Assembly: GCF_000315625.1 (NCBI RefSeq)
Contig: NW_005434597.1
Span: 15,924 to 79,923, forward strand
From: Guillardia theta CCMP2712
Lineage: Eukaryota > Protista > Cryptophyta
Direction of reading: 5' to 3'
Length of the DNA: 64,000 nucleotides
This document shows, piece by piece, positions 37,408 through 48,707 of the stretch. Numbering within the stretch: the stretch's first letter is position 1; every line of letters begins with the position of its first letter. The notes below the pieces were generated by a model. It was not told where the DNA came from. It made no database searches and saw nothing but the letters and a program-made list of their open reading frames with translations. Position numbers and translations under genes: made by a program.

Positions 37408-37900
37408 TATCAGAGCTCATAGGATAGCGAGCCCAACACAGGAGTGGTCAACACTCGAAATGTGGACAGCACACAAGGATAGCCTCTACAACTATCCAGA
37501 CGAAAGACAGTGATTCTCTAACGGCTACTTTGGTTCAGAAGTCGGACCCCTCCGGGACGGCTTCCCTATCAAGCACCGGTGGAGCTCTCCTTTCTGGTAG
37601 AAACAAGAACAGGAGCAGCGCATGGACCAAAGGGGCCATAGCGACGGCACGAGGCAGGAAGACTCGTGCAAGCGAGGACCACTACCCCTGGGACTTCCAC
37701 AGGGCTATAAAAGGATCAAGATCTTCATCTCTAGGTGGTCTGTCTTCCCTCCCTCTGTGTACCACGCATTTCCCTGTGTTGGTGTGGTTGCTGCAATAAA
37801 GCTTGATAATACTGTCTAGCACCATCTGTGGGAGTCCAGCGGAGGTTCTTTGAGCATTCGCTTGGCTAGTGTGCAACCCGTAAAGCTTCGGGGTGTAACA
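37408..37900 (+). repeat. 5' LTR (493 bp)
   Basis: TATCAGAG...GTGTAACA, direct repeat of 43179-43670. Contains TATAAAA (~37706) and AATAAA (37795). Confidence 0.95.
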
Positions 37901-37905
37901 TAAAT

Positions 37906-37918
37906 TGGTAGTGAAGTG
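37906..37918 (+). promoter_or_regulatory. Putative primer-binding site TGGTAGTGAAGTG, possibly for initiator Met tRNA
   Basis: TGG-starting motif 5 nt after the 5' LTR. TGGTA is complementary to the U72-A73-CCA end typical of tRNA-iMet, but the host tRNA is not available to confirm. Confidence 0.55.
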
Positions 37919-37990
37919 TTGGTGCAGTGTTATCTTGCGGATTTGTGGTGACCGTGTTTCTACTTTCCCCCTTTCCCCTGCCTACCCCTG

Positions 37991-40900
37991 ATGACACATT
38001 ATACACGTCGCACTGCTCACGCTAGCAAACAGACAGCGACCGGAGACGCACTGCTTTCTGATACGGAATGGCAGTCTGCGGCGGGTCACAGCGATACGGA
38101 GGATTTGCTCCCTCAGGAGGAAGATACCCAGCAACTGCCACAAACCTTCGGTGTGCCCACGGAGACGCTTACGATGGAGGGTCTCGCGCAACAAGTGGCC
38201 TTGCTGCAGGCGCAATTAGCCGCCGCCTTTCAGATGGGTGCTCTGATAGCCCCTCAGCAGCCCGCGGCGCCGACGCCGGCAGCTTCTACTGGACAGCATC
38301 CCGCAGCGGCGGGACGCTCCAATGTGTCAGGTGACACACATGCTCAGATGGTGGCAAAGTTGCGCTCAGTGCCAAAGCTGGACACTACGAGGCAGTCACC
38401 ACAACGCAACATTCTCACATGGCTCACAGCTATGCAGTATGAACTAAAGTTGCATCAGATACCCACAGCCTGCTGGGTTCTTTGTGCCCTGGATTTCTTG
38501 GACCAGGCGGCACGCGACTACTATGTGCAAGCCTATTCGGCTACCGAACTTCGAGAGCTTCCCTGGGTGAAGTTCGCCACCCAGCTCAAGTCCCAACACA
38601 TGCCATTGGGACTTCGAGCACAACTCGTTGCCTGTCTGGATCACCTCCGTCAGGAGCCGCAAGAATCCATGGCAACATACTACAAGCGTACGAAGCTTCT
38701 GCCAAAGAACAACTAGATCTCATTCCCGGTGGTGCGGCATTCGCCACCGATGTGATCCTGCGTGAACGCTTTGCAACGGGCATCACTAACGTGACAACGA
38801 AGCTTCTCCTCAATGCATGGAGTGCTTCCCATCTGCAAACGACAGGCTCGGAGCCGACGTTTCCCCGGAAACGTCGGCTTCCCCCGGAAACGTCGACACT
38901 GCACGATGCCAGATGGCTCCGTCAAACAGCTGAATGCTGTGATGCGGGTAAGCCCAATCGAGGTAAGGGAACCCCTGCTGTCACGGGAGTCCCGGGTCAG
39001 TCCCGTTCGGGGGGCAATCCGCAGCACACACGGGGTCGCTCAGGACGTCACTCGTCCAGGGATCAACGACGGGATAACGGCCGTCGCCAGGAGCGACAGC
39101 CTTCTCGATCACCCAGCGCAGAGCGCCGCAATGTCATCTGCCATGCATGAGGACGCTCGGGACACTATGCTAAGGACTGCCGACGAGCTCGTCGCAGCCA
39201 GAGCCCTCATCAGGCCCGCGCACGATCCCCTCGTGCATCGTCCTCGCCAGCGCGCGAAGATGAACAATTCCCCTCTGGTGAAGAGGACGAGCCCACTACC
39301 GCTGCCGTGACGACTCGGCAGGGTAAGCGTGCTGACGCTCAGTCTCGTCGACGCCACCACGTGCAGTTTGATGGCGAAGCACAAGACTTGCTGCAAATGA
39401 ATACGCTGACAGTTCAGACCGCCTCGACGCTGACTCAGGCGGCAGACATCGACTCCAACCTGCTCTACCTGCCCATTCAAATTGAGTCGGAACGAGCAGA
39501 ACAACCCAGAGAAATCCTGGCGCTCCTGGACACGGGGGCGCAGGCATCCATTCTCTCGCGTGCGATTGTAGACGAACTCAGGTTATCTACGCACAAGATC
39601 GCCACCCCGGTGAAGGTCCAGTTCGCCAAGGACGACAGATCGGTTATAGTTCGGGACGCATGTCACCTTGACTTCCGGATCACAGGCACTGACGTCAGGG
39701 CTCAGGAGGAGTTCCTCATCCTTGATGCACACGCGGCGCTGCCCGCCATTCTGAGCCACCCGTTCATCACGAAGTTAAAGATGCAGATCGACTTCTATGA
39801 ACGACGGATTTCCATTCCCTCCTCGACCCACCCCGGACGTCGACAGCAGCTTCCTGTCGCTATGATGTTCCCGCGTGGTCCGCCGGCTGATACATCCTCA
39901 GCGCAAACGACGCCTGCGGGTGCTTGCATATTTCATCCCACTGCTGACACGCTGTGCCATGACATGCGACACGATCTCGCAGGATCGAGACCTCTGGGTC
40001 CCGATGAATTCCCTTGGATCATGACGTCGCTGACAGAAGAGTTTCCGACTACGATGCACGCGCCGTCGGATCCGAGCCCCGAATCCCTTGACGCCGCCGT
40101 CGCGGCATTACTTCAGCAGCTGATCAAGGACTTCGACGACGTCATTGTCGATGAACTTCCAATCCAGGCTCCCATCTCTCGCGGTGAGTATGATGTCGAC
40201 CTGAAGGTTCGCGAAGGCGCGCAGCCGGTGCGTCTTCGTCCATATCGTCTTCCCTCGGCGCTTCAAACTCCGATGGGAAACACACTTCGCTTCCTGCTGG
40301 AGCGCGACCTCATTGAACGGGACGACAATGCTCTTTACCAGAGTCCGGTTATCTTCGTCCGCAAAGGCACCTCGCCTAATGGTGAGCCCATCTGGCGCTT
40401 CTGTGTGGACTATCGGCAAGTTAATGCACAACTCATCGATGACAATTTTCCCCCTCCCATTCCCACAGAACTCATGGAGCGTGTGGGGCGCCAACTGGCA
40501 GCAAACCCGCCAGGTACTCCGCTATGGTTGAGCAAAGTCGACTTAGCTAGCGGGTTTTGGCAACTGAAGCTCACACCTCAGAGCAGTCAGTACACAGGAT
40601 TTGTGACTGAGCAAGGGGCTTACAAATTCAAAGCGCTTCCGTTCGGTCTGAAAACAGCGACGGCCGCCTTCCAAAAGTTTACGCAAGGTATACTGGCTGA
40701 CATCCCCAACGCGCTTGTGTACGTTGATGATGTGCTCCTCTGTACAGCGGGCACGCAAGAAGCGCATCTCGAGGATATTCGCCGCGTCCTGCAGCGCTTC
40801 CGTGAGCACAGAGTTTATGTCAAACGTAGCAAGTGCTCATTCATGCAACAGCAGCTTGATTTCTTGGGGTATACCATCACCCAAGCTGGCATCGCCACGG

Positions 40901-43073
40901 AGCCTAACAAGGTCCAGGCCATTCAACAATATCCGACGCCGGCTTCCGTCAAACGGCAAACTTCTATCGCAAATTCGTCAGCAACTATGCGCGCCTATCC
41001 TCTACGCTGTCAGATCTCTTACAGAACAGTCAGCGCCGTTTCGTATGGACTAAATCTGCTCAGATCGCATTTGATGCCTTGAAACAAGCATTAGCCACTA
41101 CTCCAGTCTTGTGGCACTTTCAGCAGGATCGCGCGACCATCCTGTACACCGATGCTAGTGACCTAGCCATTGGCGCGACTCTACATCAACGCGATCGACA
41201 TGGCAATGAGCATCCAATCGCCTACTATAGCAAGAAGCTGTCTTCCGCTGAACGCAACTATTCGACCTATGAACGCGAGCTCTTGGCTCTCAAGGAGAGT
41301 TTGAAGCACTTCTCCTACTACCTCATCGGACGCCGCTTCAAAGTCAAAACCGATCATCATAGCTTGATTCGCCTGACGACTCAGCCCGAGCTATCCCCTC
41401 GCCTTGCCAGATGGCTGTCTATCTTCCTGCAGTACGATAGGGAAATCGAGCACATCCCAGGGGAACAGAATTCTGTTGCCGATGCGCTCAGCCGTGTGGT
41501 CGACTCCTCGCCCGATCCGGCATCCGCTGCAGCTCGCGAGACGCGCATTGACGACATGGCCAGAGATCTCCTCGTGGGTTTGCATCACATCCAGATCCTG
41601 ACCAATGCCAACTTCTCTCAACAGCTCCTCCATCACTATGCGACCTGCCCGGACTTCCAGATCCTCTTTCAACTAGGACGTGACGGCGAGCTGGTAGGAC
41701 AACCAGGCTGCAAGTCGTTCATCTACCAAGACGAACTGCTCTTCCATCAAGACTCCTTGGGTCGTCGTCGCATCTGCATCCCCATCGCCATGCGGCCAGC
41801 CATACTCCGCATGGGCCATGACGAAGCGGGTCACCTCGGCTCTGACAAGACATATCTCGACCTGGCCACCAAGGTATATTGGTCCAACATGAAGCGTGAT
41901 GTTGAGAATTATGTGCATTCTTGTCTGACCTGCCAAGCCGCCAAGGCATACAAGCAGAGGCCTGTGGGGCTTCCAAAGAGCCATGACGTTCCGGCTGACA
42001 AATTCGACGTACTCTCAGTTGACATTCTCAGCGGACTTCCCATTACCTCTGAAGGCTATGACGCCATCTTCGTCATGGTTGACTCCTTCTCGCAGCATGT
42101 TACCTTGGCTCCGACGACCAAGGACGCAACACAGAACGCGGGGTCTGCCCAAGGCGATCATCTCCGACAACGGCTCAAATTTGTCTTCCCGCTTCTGGGA
42201 TGCGTTGTTTGAGACTCTGGGTGTACAGGTCCGCCACTCATCCAAGTATCACCCTCAAAGCAATGGCCGGGTGGAACGCGCAAACGCTACCATCCTCGAC
42301 ATGCTCAGGACGCGCCTGACCGCCGCTCGTGACGATTGGAGCTCTCATCTTCCTTTTCTCGAGTTTGCCCTCAACCATGCGCCTCGCAAGGAAACGGGTC
42401 TCTCGGCCTTTCAAGTGGAGTACCGGGTCGCAATCCTCGCTCCGCCATGGACTTGACGCTCAGTCCGGTGATTCCTGAGGTGCAATCTACACTTGATCTC
42501 ATCCAGGTGAATGAGAATGTCGTGCGCGACAAGCTCGCAGCAATGGCCAATCGCACCGAAGCTGCCTTACTTCAGACGCGCAGAGTTCTCAACTGGCACG
42601 TTGGTGATCAGGTGTGGCTGGATGCAAGACTCTTCAATCAAACCTTTGAAGTGCGCAAGTTTCGTGAAAAGTTTCTGGGACCCTTTGTGATCACTGAAGT
42701 CTTATCCAACAACAACTACAGAATCAACGTGCATCAACGTTTCCCCAAGATGACCATCGACGTCTTCAACGCCAAGTTTCTTCGTCCTCACATTCAACGA
42801 CAGCCCCAGCTGGACTCAGCTCCGCCTCCCCAGCCTCTCCCGGACTTCTATGAAGTGGAGCGCCTACTCGCTGATCGCACGCAGCGCGGACGCAAGGAGT
42901 ATCTCGTTCGCTGGAAGGGTTTCTCCTCTGCTGATGACACATGGGAACCAGTGGAACATCTCGTTCGCACTCGAGCGCTTCGCAACTTGGTTCAACGCTA
43001 CGACAGGGCCAAACAGCGTGAGCGACGTCCGGTACCTTCCTCTGCTCAGGGACGGCGTTCACGCCGCCTTTGA
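37991..43073 (+). pseudogene. Disrupted gag-pol of the chromovirus
   Basis: Gag, Zn knuckle CHA*GRSGHYAKDC, protease LLDTGA, RT (RFCVDYR, DLASGFWQ, PFGL, YVDD), RNase H (YTDASD, ERELLA), integrase (GHLG, CLTC, SDNG, NGRVERAN, GPF), chromodomain YEVERLL...YLVRWKGF...DTWEP. Breaks near 38700, 39148, 40953, 42135 and 42425. Confidence 0.95.
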
Positions 43074-43178
43074 CCGCTCTTTGACTTTGGTCTAGGTGCG
43101 AGTTTGCGGGAGCGTATCAGAGCAAAGAAAGCGAAGTTTTCTGAGTCCTGAGCACTCCAAGAAAGCGCAGAAAGAGCG

Positions 43179-43670
43179 TATCAGAGCTCATAGGATAGCG
43201 AGCCCAACACAGGAGTGGTCAACACTCGAAATGTGGACAGCACACAAGGATAGCCTCTACAACTATCCAGACGAAAGACAGTGATTCTCTAACGGCTACT
43301 TTGGTTCAGAAGTCGGACCCCTCCGGGACGGCTTCCCTATCAAGCACCGGTGGAGCTCTCCTTTCTGGTAGAAACAAGAACAGGAGCAGCGCATGGACCA
43401 AAGGGGCCATAGCGACGGCACGAGGCAGGAAGACTCGTGCAAGCGAGGACCACTACCCCTGGGACTTCCACAGGGCTATAAAAGGATCAAGATCTTCATC
43501 TCTAGGTGGTCTGTCTTCCCTCCCTCTGTGTACCACGCATTTCCCTGTGTTGGTGTGGTTGCTGCAATAAAGCTTGATAATACTGTCTAGCACCATCTGT
43601 GTGATCCAGCGGAGGTTCTTTGAGCATTCGCTTGGCTAGTGTGCAACCCGTAAAGCTTCGGGGTGTAACA
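43179..43670 (+). repeat. 3' LTR (492 bp), preceded by purine-rich tract AAGAAAGCGCAGAAAGAGCG
   Basis: The only difference I could find from the 5' LTR is TGTGGGAGTCC vs TGTGTGATCC. Confidence 0.95.
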
Positions 43671-45400
43671 ACCGGCAGGTACACAGTCCACAGCGAGAAG
43701 CTGCACAATCACACACAAAACACAAGCCCGAAAACAACCAGCACTGCTGGCACCCAGACGCGGCAGCGCCAGCCCAAGCGCGAAGCCGCGCAGACAAGCA
43801 GCCTAAGGGTCAAGCAATCAAGCAACAAGCAGCAGGAGCATGCAGGAGGAATAAAATCCCTTAGACGCGATACCCGGAGGCAGCCGACTGACCACTGTCA
43901 GTCGAGACGTCCGCTGCCGCCACAAAGCGGGCGGCCGCGGACGGAGAAAGGGCAGCCGCCGACAAGGAGCCGGCCGGGCGCTGCCCGGGGGTCCGCCTGG
44001 GGCAGCGGACGGAGGGAGGCTGGACACATGAACACGGTACCGCTCGAGGTAGTCCTCCTCGCTAGCCTCCAGCAACGCTAAGGGCCCGCGACCCCGGCCG
44101 GTTCCCCTCTCGCGGGCCAGGAGATACCAGTCGAGCATCTGAGCATAGCGGTGCGGGAAGGCCTTGAGGGGGTAGTAGCTCGAGACACGCTAGACTGCAA
44201 GACCCTATCCTGCGACTTGAGCGAGTGTGTCCTGCGGCTGTGCAAGGTGAGGATATCACGCTGCTGATCGGTCAGCGCAGCCTGGCAGCGCGAGCATGCA
44301 CATGGCGAGGGGAGACGCGCATGACAAGAGGGGTCACTGCCATGTCCGGCGCTGCGCACTGAGGCGGAGGCAAAACTTCGCCGGAGGTCTCCGACTCCGA
44401 TGGGGGAAACCTTTCGAGTGGCGCCGTAATGGCTGGCGAGGCGTCTCCGTCCCTCACTGTGACGTCGGGTGCCGTGCTTGCCCGAAAAGAACCAGCACTG
44501 CTGGCACCCAGACGCGGCACCGCTTGCCCAAGCGCGAAGCCGCGCAGACAAGCAGCCTAACTAAGGGTCAAGCAATCAAGCAACACATGGCATATCCAGC
44601 GCGACTCAGTTTGCGAATCTTCTCCAACGCTGCAACATGGAGGGCGTCGAGGTATATTCTCCCCGTTCAAGGCTTTTCGGGCTTGTGTTTTGTGTGTGTT
44701 TGCCAGTGCAGCTTCTCGCTGTGAGCTGTGTGCAAGCAGGTTTAGCTTGTTCCTGCTTTGTTTTGCTTGAGGCACTTTTTACCTTCTGCCAGTACTACTT
44801 GAAATCCGGCCATGTTACTCCCCCCACTTGGTTAGGTCGGCTCACAATGAGTTTTACCCGCAGTGGTAATTGCGAAGATGATTTACTGGCCGCGAAGGTA
44901 AAAAGTGCCTCAAGCAGTGGTTGATGTCCAACCTCCGAGGCTTCCTCTATATTCATGAGCGCTGAGTCTCGTCCTCATGTCACTGCGTCTCACCTTTCGG
45001 TGAGACTGCAGAGCTTTGGCTGACTTGTCTTGTGTCTTTTTGCTGCAATTCTCGAAGATTGACTGGCAGAAGCCTGGTAAAAAGTGCCTCAAGCAAAGCC
45101 CGCCGAGGAACGGAAAGTAAACCTGCTTGCACACAGCGCACAGCGAGAAGCTGCACAATCACACACAAAACACAAGCCCGAAAAGAACCAGCACTGCTGG
45201 CAACCGTCAGCACTCGGACCCGGCATCGCCAGCCCAAGCGCGAAGCCGCGCAGACAAGCAGCCTAAGGGTCAGGCAATCAAGCAACAAGCAGCAGGAGCA
45301 TGCAGGAGGAAGACGCAATACCCGGAGGCAGCCGACTGACCACTGTCAGTCGAGATGTCCGCTGCCGCCACAAAGCGGGCGGCGGGCCGCGGACGGAGAA
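43671..45400. mobile_element. Right patchwork of CRE-like fragments, increasingly degenerate
   Basis: Resumes the antisense 3'-UTR unit interrupted by the Gypsy element. Contains antisense pieces of ~32910-33165 and ~33550-33605 and a sense piece of ~29990-30120. Confidence 0.85.
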
Positions 45401-46737
45401 TGAGTCGGAATCCGGGGACACCTGACAGTGGCACTGAGCACTGCTCCCCCCGGGCCCCCCGGGCCCCGGCGGCGGGCCCGGAGTCCGGGCCCGGCGCCGC
45501 CCGCGGGACTGATAGTACCTCCGCCACCGTGGCACCCGTGACGGAGGCTAGGGCCCGCGGGCCGGCGACTCGGCGCCGGGTCACTGATGAGTAGCCTGGG
45601 AACTTCAACGGCAACGCCCGCGTGACTTTGGCATGATCGTCTTCGTGACCGGCGTGGTCGCCCCGGGAAGTTGACCAGCCGGCCAACAACCACCCCCACC
45701 CCTTTTAGATGCTTCAAGTACCCCGTTGTCCGCTAGAACATTGTGACGCCTCTAGCTCGATCTTGAAAGTTGATAGACCAGTCAAACCTCCTCATGCTGA
45801 CAGACATTCAGATACAATCACGCTACCTCTAGCGACTGCTGACGGATGGGAGTGTCATCACTGTACAGAGACTCCTTATACTGCAGCGTTTCAATATCAC
45901 TCGTCTCCTCGGAGCTAGTCTCGTCGCCGTAGCCCGAGGGACTACCCCACTGCTGACATTCTTATCTCTGGCTTTCTATCACTCACCCCTCCTTTCTAGT
46001 CTTTTCTGACTGTACCCTCAATTAAGTACCCCTTCTCTTGGACCCCCTACCTTGTAAATCAGCAACTGGCAATTGCAAGCAGCACATTTGCCCTCTTCCT
46101 TTGTTCTGTCTTGTCTCCTTCAATGTTTCCTCATGCCTTTCCTCATGATTGGTTTCCCTCTCGACCTCCTAGACCAACATACCCTCCTTTCTCCACCCCT
46201 ACCCCCATTTAAACCGTCACCCACCTCTGTTTCTCGCTGACCAGGCTGACAAATGAACAAGGTTGCGACTGCTCTACCAAAGTAAAGAGGGTCAGAGAAA
46301 TCATTATGCTGACATTGACTCATACATTTTACAATGTTTCGAAGGAGGTACCTGTCATCAAATCTATCTGCTGACAAATTTGTACTGCAGGGTAGTCTCA
46401 TGCTGATTCATATGCTGACCATTTACTCCAGTACTGAAATGAAATAGTGTTATTTCACTATTCTCTCCGACAATTGAAGCGGCGTTAAGTACCAGGAACT
46501 GTCAGCACTGTCATCAGCCCCCCCCACCACCTTTTAAAACCCTCAGGCGCGCTCCCGTCTCCACCACCTTCTCCTCCTTGTCCTCGCACACGCGCTCCTT
46601 CCTCGTCTGCTGCATTGAGAACCCCCACAACCCCCCACCCCCTCCAGCCCACTTCCTAACCCCCCCCCCTCCTCTCACGTCCTTCCCTTCTCGCCTCCCT
46701 CCCCTCCCTCTCATCAAACCCTCCTCAGCTAGTTGAA

Positions 46738-47931
46738 ATGCCTCGCCCACGCGCATCGCCTGAGAACCTCAGCCTGGCATTGGAGCTGTCTAGGATTGTT
46801 ACAACTCGTGATGGTACGACAGAAGAAAACTTCGTCGCGCGCCATGGCAGCGCGAGTCTCTTCAGTGCACTTGCGAGGTGCGTTCCTCCCGTGGTGAGGA
46901 CTACAAACTCTTCATCCTCAGACCGAACATCCATTTCTGAGGCTGAGATGCTGCGGATGCTTGAGACTCAGGACAACAAAGAAGAATTTGTTCGTTTCCG
47001 AAACAGGAAGGGGCTTAGAAAATCAGAAGATCCCACCGGAGCCGGCGTGAGCATGTTTATCGGGAGACGCTGGAGAGATCCTGAAGATGCATCTGACCGT
47101 CGCGTACTGGAGGAAGGGCATGCAAAGCTTCAATCTTCTTTCCCGATCTATGCGGCTCATTGCTCGATCTCGAAGTTGCTCGAGGTCGTTCGTTCAATCC
47201 GTCATAGCTGGAACCTTCTGTGCATGGAGTTGGATGCTCGTGAAGCTTCCCGATCGCCGTCACAGAGGGAATCTGAGTCGCTCAAGACAGATTCGTATCA
47301 TTCAGAGTCCTTCTCTGCTGTTTTCCCCCAGGCGTCCGTCGAGTGCGGCAAGAGATTCCGCCATGAGTTCGAGCAGTCGGCTGGGTCCCTCAGCATTGGC
47401 CACGTGGAGTATCCCCCGGTTTACCACACGGTTGGGTCGGTGCAGCTGAATGGCCTTGAGAACGGATGCGACGTGAGGCCTGTGAGCGAGTCTCCGCCAA
47501 GTGCTCCCTACTTCTACCCTGTGCAGCTCCCCAACGACCATGGCGACATGAACAGCTGGGGCAATAAGAGAATGCGGCATGATGAGGAATGGCGCCAGCC
47601 CCTCAGCTGCGAGGCTGCGAACCGAGTACAGATGGTTCAGCACGAGTGCCCTGTGATGGCTCACTCGCAGGACCTGCGCAGCTCTCACTGTCAAGACTTT
47701 GGCACCTTGTGCGTACTCGAACCTATGGGAGGAACGTTGATAGTGAGAGAATCAGCCTGCCGCTCCTACATGGGCGAGGAGAGGACCTATCAGCTACCGG
47801 TTGACAGCCAAGCCATGTGGATGGACTTACACGCCAAATCTGTTTTCGATGACTTCGATTTCGTGAGAAAGAGTGACGACTGGTACGGATGGAACAGACT
47901 TGCTCATTGTCCTCAGCCCGTGCACTCTTGA
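46738..47931 (+). CDS. Intronless hypothetical protein (397 aa)
   Basis: ATG-started long ORF with a C-rich upstream region and AT-rich 3' flank. No recognisable domain. Confidence 0.7.
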   Translation: MPRPRASPENLSLALELSRIVTTRDGTTEENFVARHGSASLFSALARCVPPVVRTTNSSSSDRTSISEAEMLRMLETQDNKEEFVRFRNRKGLRKSEDPTGAGVSMFIGRRWRDPEDASDRRVLEEGHAKLQSSFPIYAAHCSISKLLEVVRSIRHSWNLLCMELDAREASRSPSQRESESLKTDSYHSESFSAVFPQASVECGKRFRHEFEQSAGSLSIGHVEYPPVYHTVGSVQLNGLENGCDVRPVSESPPSAPYFYPVQLPNDHGDMNSWGNKRMRHDEEWRQPLSCEAANRVQMVQHECPVMAHSQDLRSSHCQDFGTLCVLEPMGGTLIVRESACRSYMGEERTYQLPVDSQAMWMDLHAKSVFDDFDFVRKSDDWYGWNRLAHCPQPVHS

Positions 47932-48049
47932 TCGGATTGCGGTGCTTTGGGACTATTTTTCGCATTGTTTTGATGTAAATTTTCAATAGAATTCATTCAA
48001 ACATGATTGTAGTGCTGATTCACTGTCAGAACTGATGACCTTGACCTTG

Positions 48050-48707
48050 TCATGTTCGCCCCTCAGCGTGCTTCCCAAACAACTTCTCGTAGATGTCGTT
48101 GAGCGGCTGTGTCGCTCTGGTTAGCACCATGGAGAAGGGGAGGGCAGGGAGAGGCTCACCTTGTTGGGAGCATTGTTGAGGTAGTTGCGAGTCTCGAGCG
48201 AGTTGATCACCCATCTGCAAGCTAGTTGACCAGCTGGAGCAGCAGCAACAAACGAACCCGAACAGACCGAAGAGACTGCGCATGATGTGGGCAGTGCGCC
48301 ATTGAGTGAACTTGGCCTGGAACTCTTCACCTAGAGTCCACTTGTACCACTCGGGAGATCGCAGGAATGAGCTGCAGCGACGTGTGACCAGCTCCAGGTC
48401 CAGCTCAAAGCAAACCTCGTGAGCACGTCATCCAAAGGCGTGCAGACAAGGTTGGTGATGAAACAGATGGTGTAGGACGCAATCTACATGAGCCGTCAGA
48501 CTGAGAAGATCAAATTCCTGTGCGTCACCAAGAACATGTCGAGCCAGAATTGGTACCTTCCACGAAGCATCCAACCAGCCATCTGATCCTAGATCACAAG
48601 TCAGTCGCTGTGCTTGTATGTAACTTCGCCATCACCTTTGAAAACTTGTCCAGAGCTCCAACCAATGCAACAGAAGACAGAAACAAGAAGGCCCTCTGAT
48701 ACATCAT
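48050..48707 (-). CDS. Small multi-exon membrane protein, possibly DUF1772/anthrone-oxygenase-like (5' end uncertain)
   Basis: Spliced pieces QRAFLFLSSVALVGAL, IASYTICFITNLVCTPLDDVL and EFQAKFTQWRTAHIMRSLFGLFG. The W...H..R pattern is only suggestive. Confidence 0.4.

Larger units (their letters stand above)
37408..43670 (+). mobile_element. Ty3/Gypsy LTR retrotransposon, chromovirus, full length but disabled
   Basis: Paired LTRs and TSD ACCGG (37403-37407 and 43671-43675). Domain order gag-PR-RT-RH-IN-chromodomain. Confidence 0.97.

Noticed and set aside
37406-37416. GGTATCAGAGC as the element's tRNA-Met primer-binding site
   Set aside because: It lies at the outer edge of the 5' LTR, its GG belongs to the TSD, and it recurs at the 3' LTR start. 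The positionally correct PBS candidate is 37906-37918.
34413-37420. Recurring ORFs MPQAKQSRNKLN... and MSARLRAWAG... as a gene family
   Set aside because: Translations of the repeated retroelement 3' UTR fragments; lengths and frames vary with the junctions.
45575-45630. CTGATGAG as a hammerhead ribozyme core
   Set aside because: No matching GAAA core or stem II found at suitable spacing by eye.
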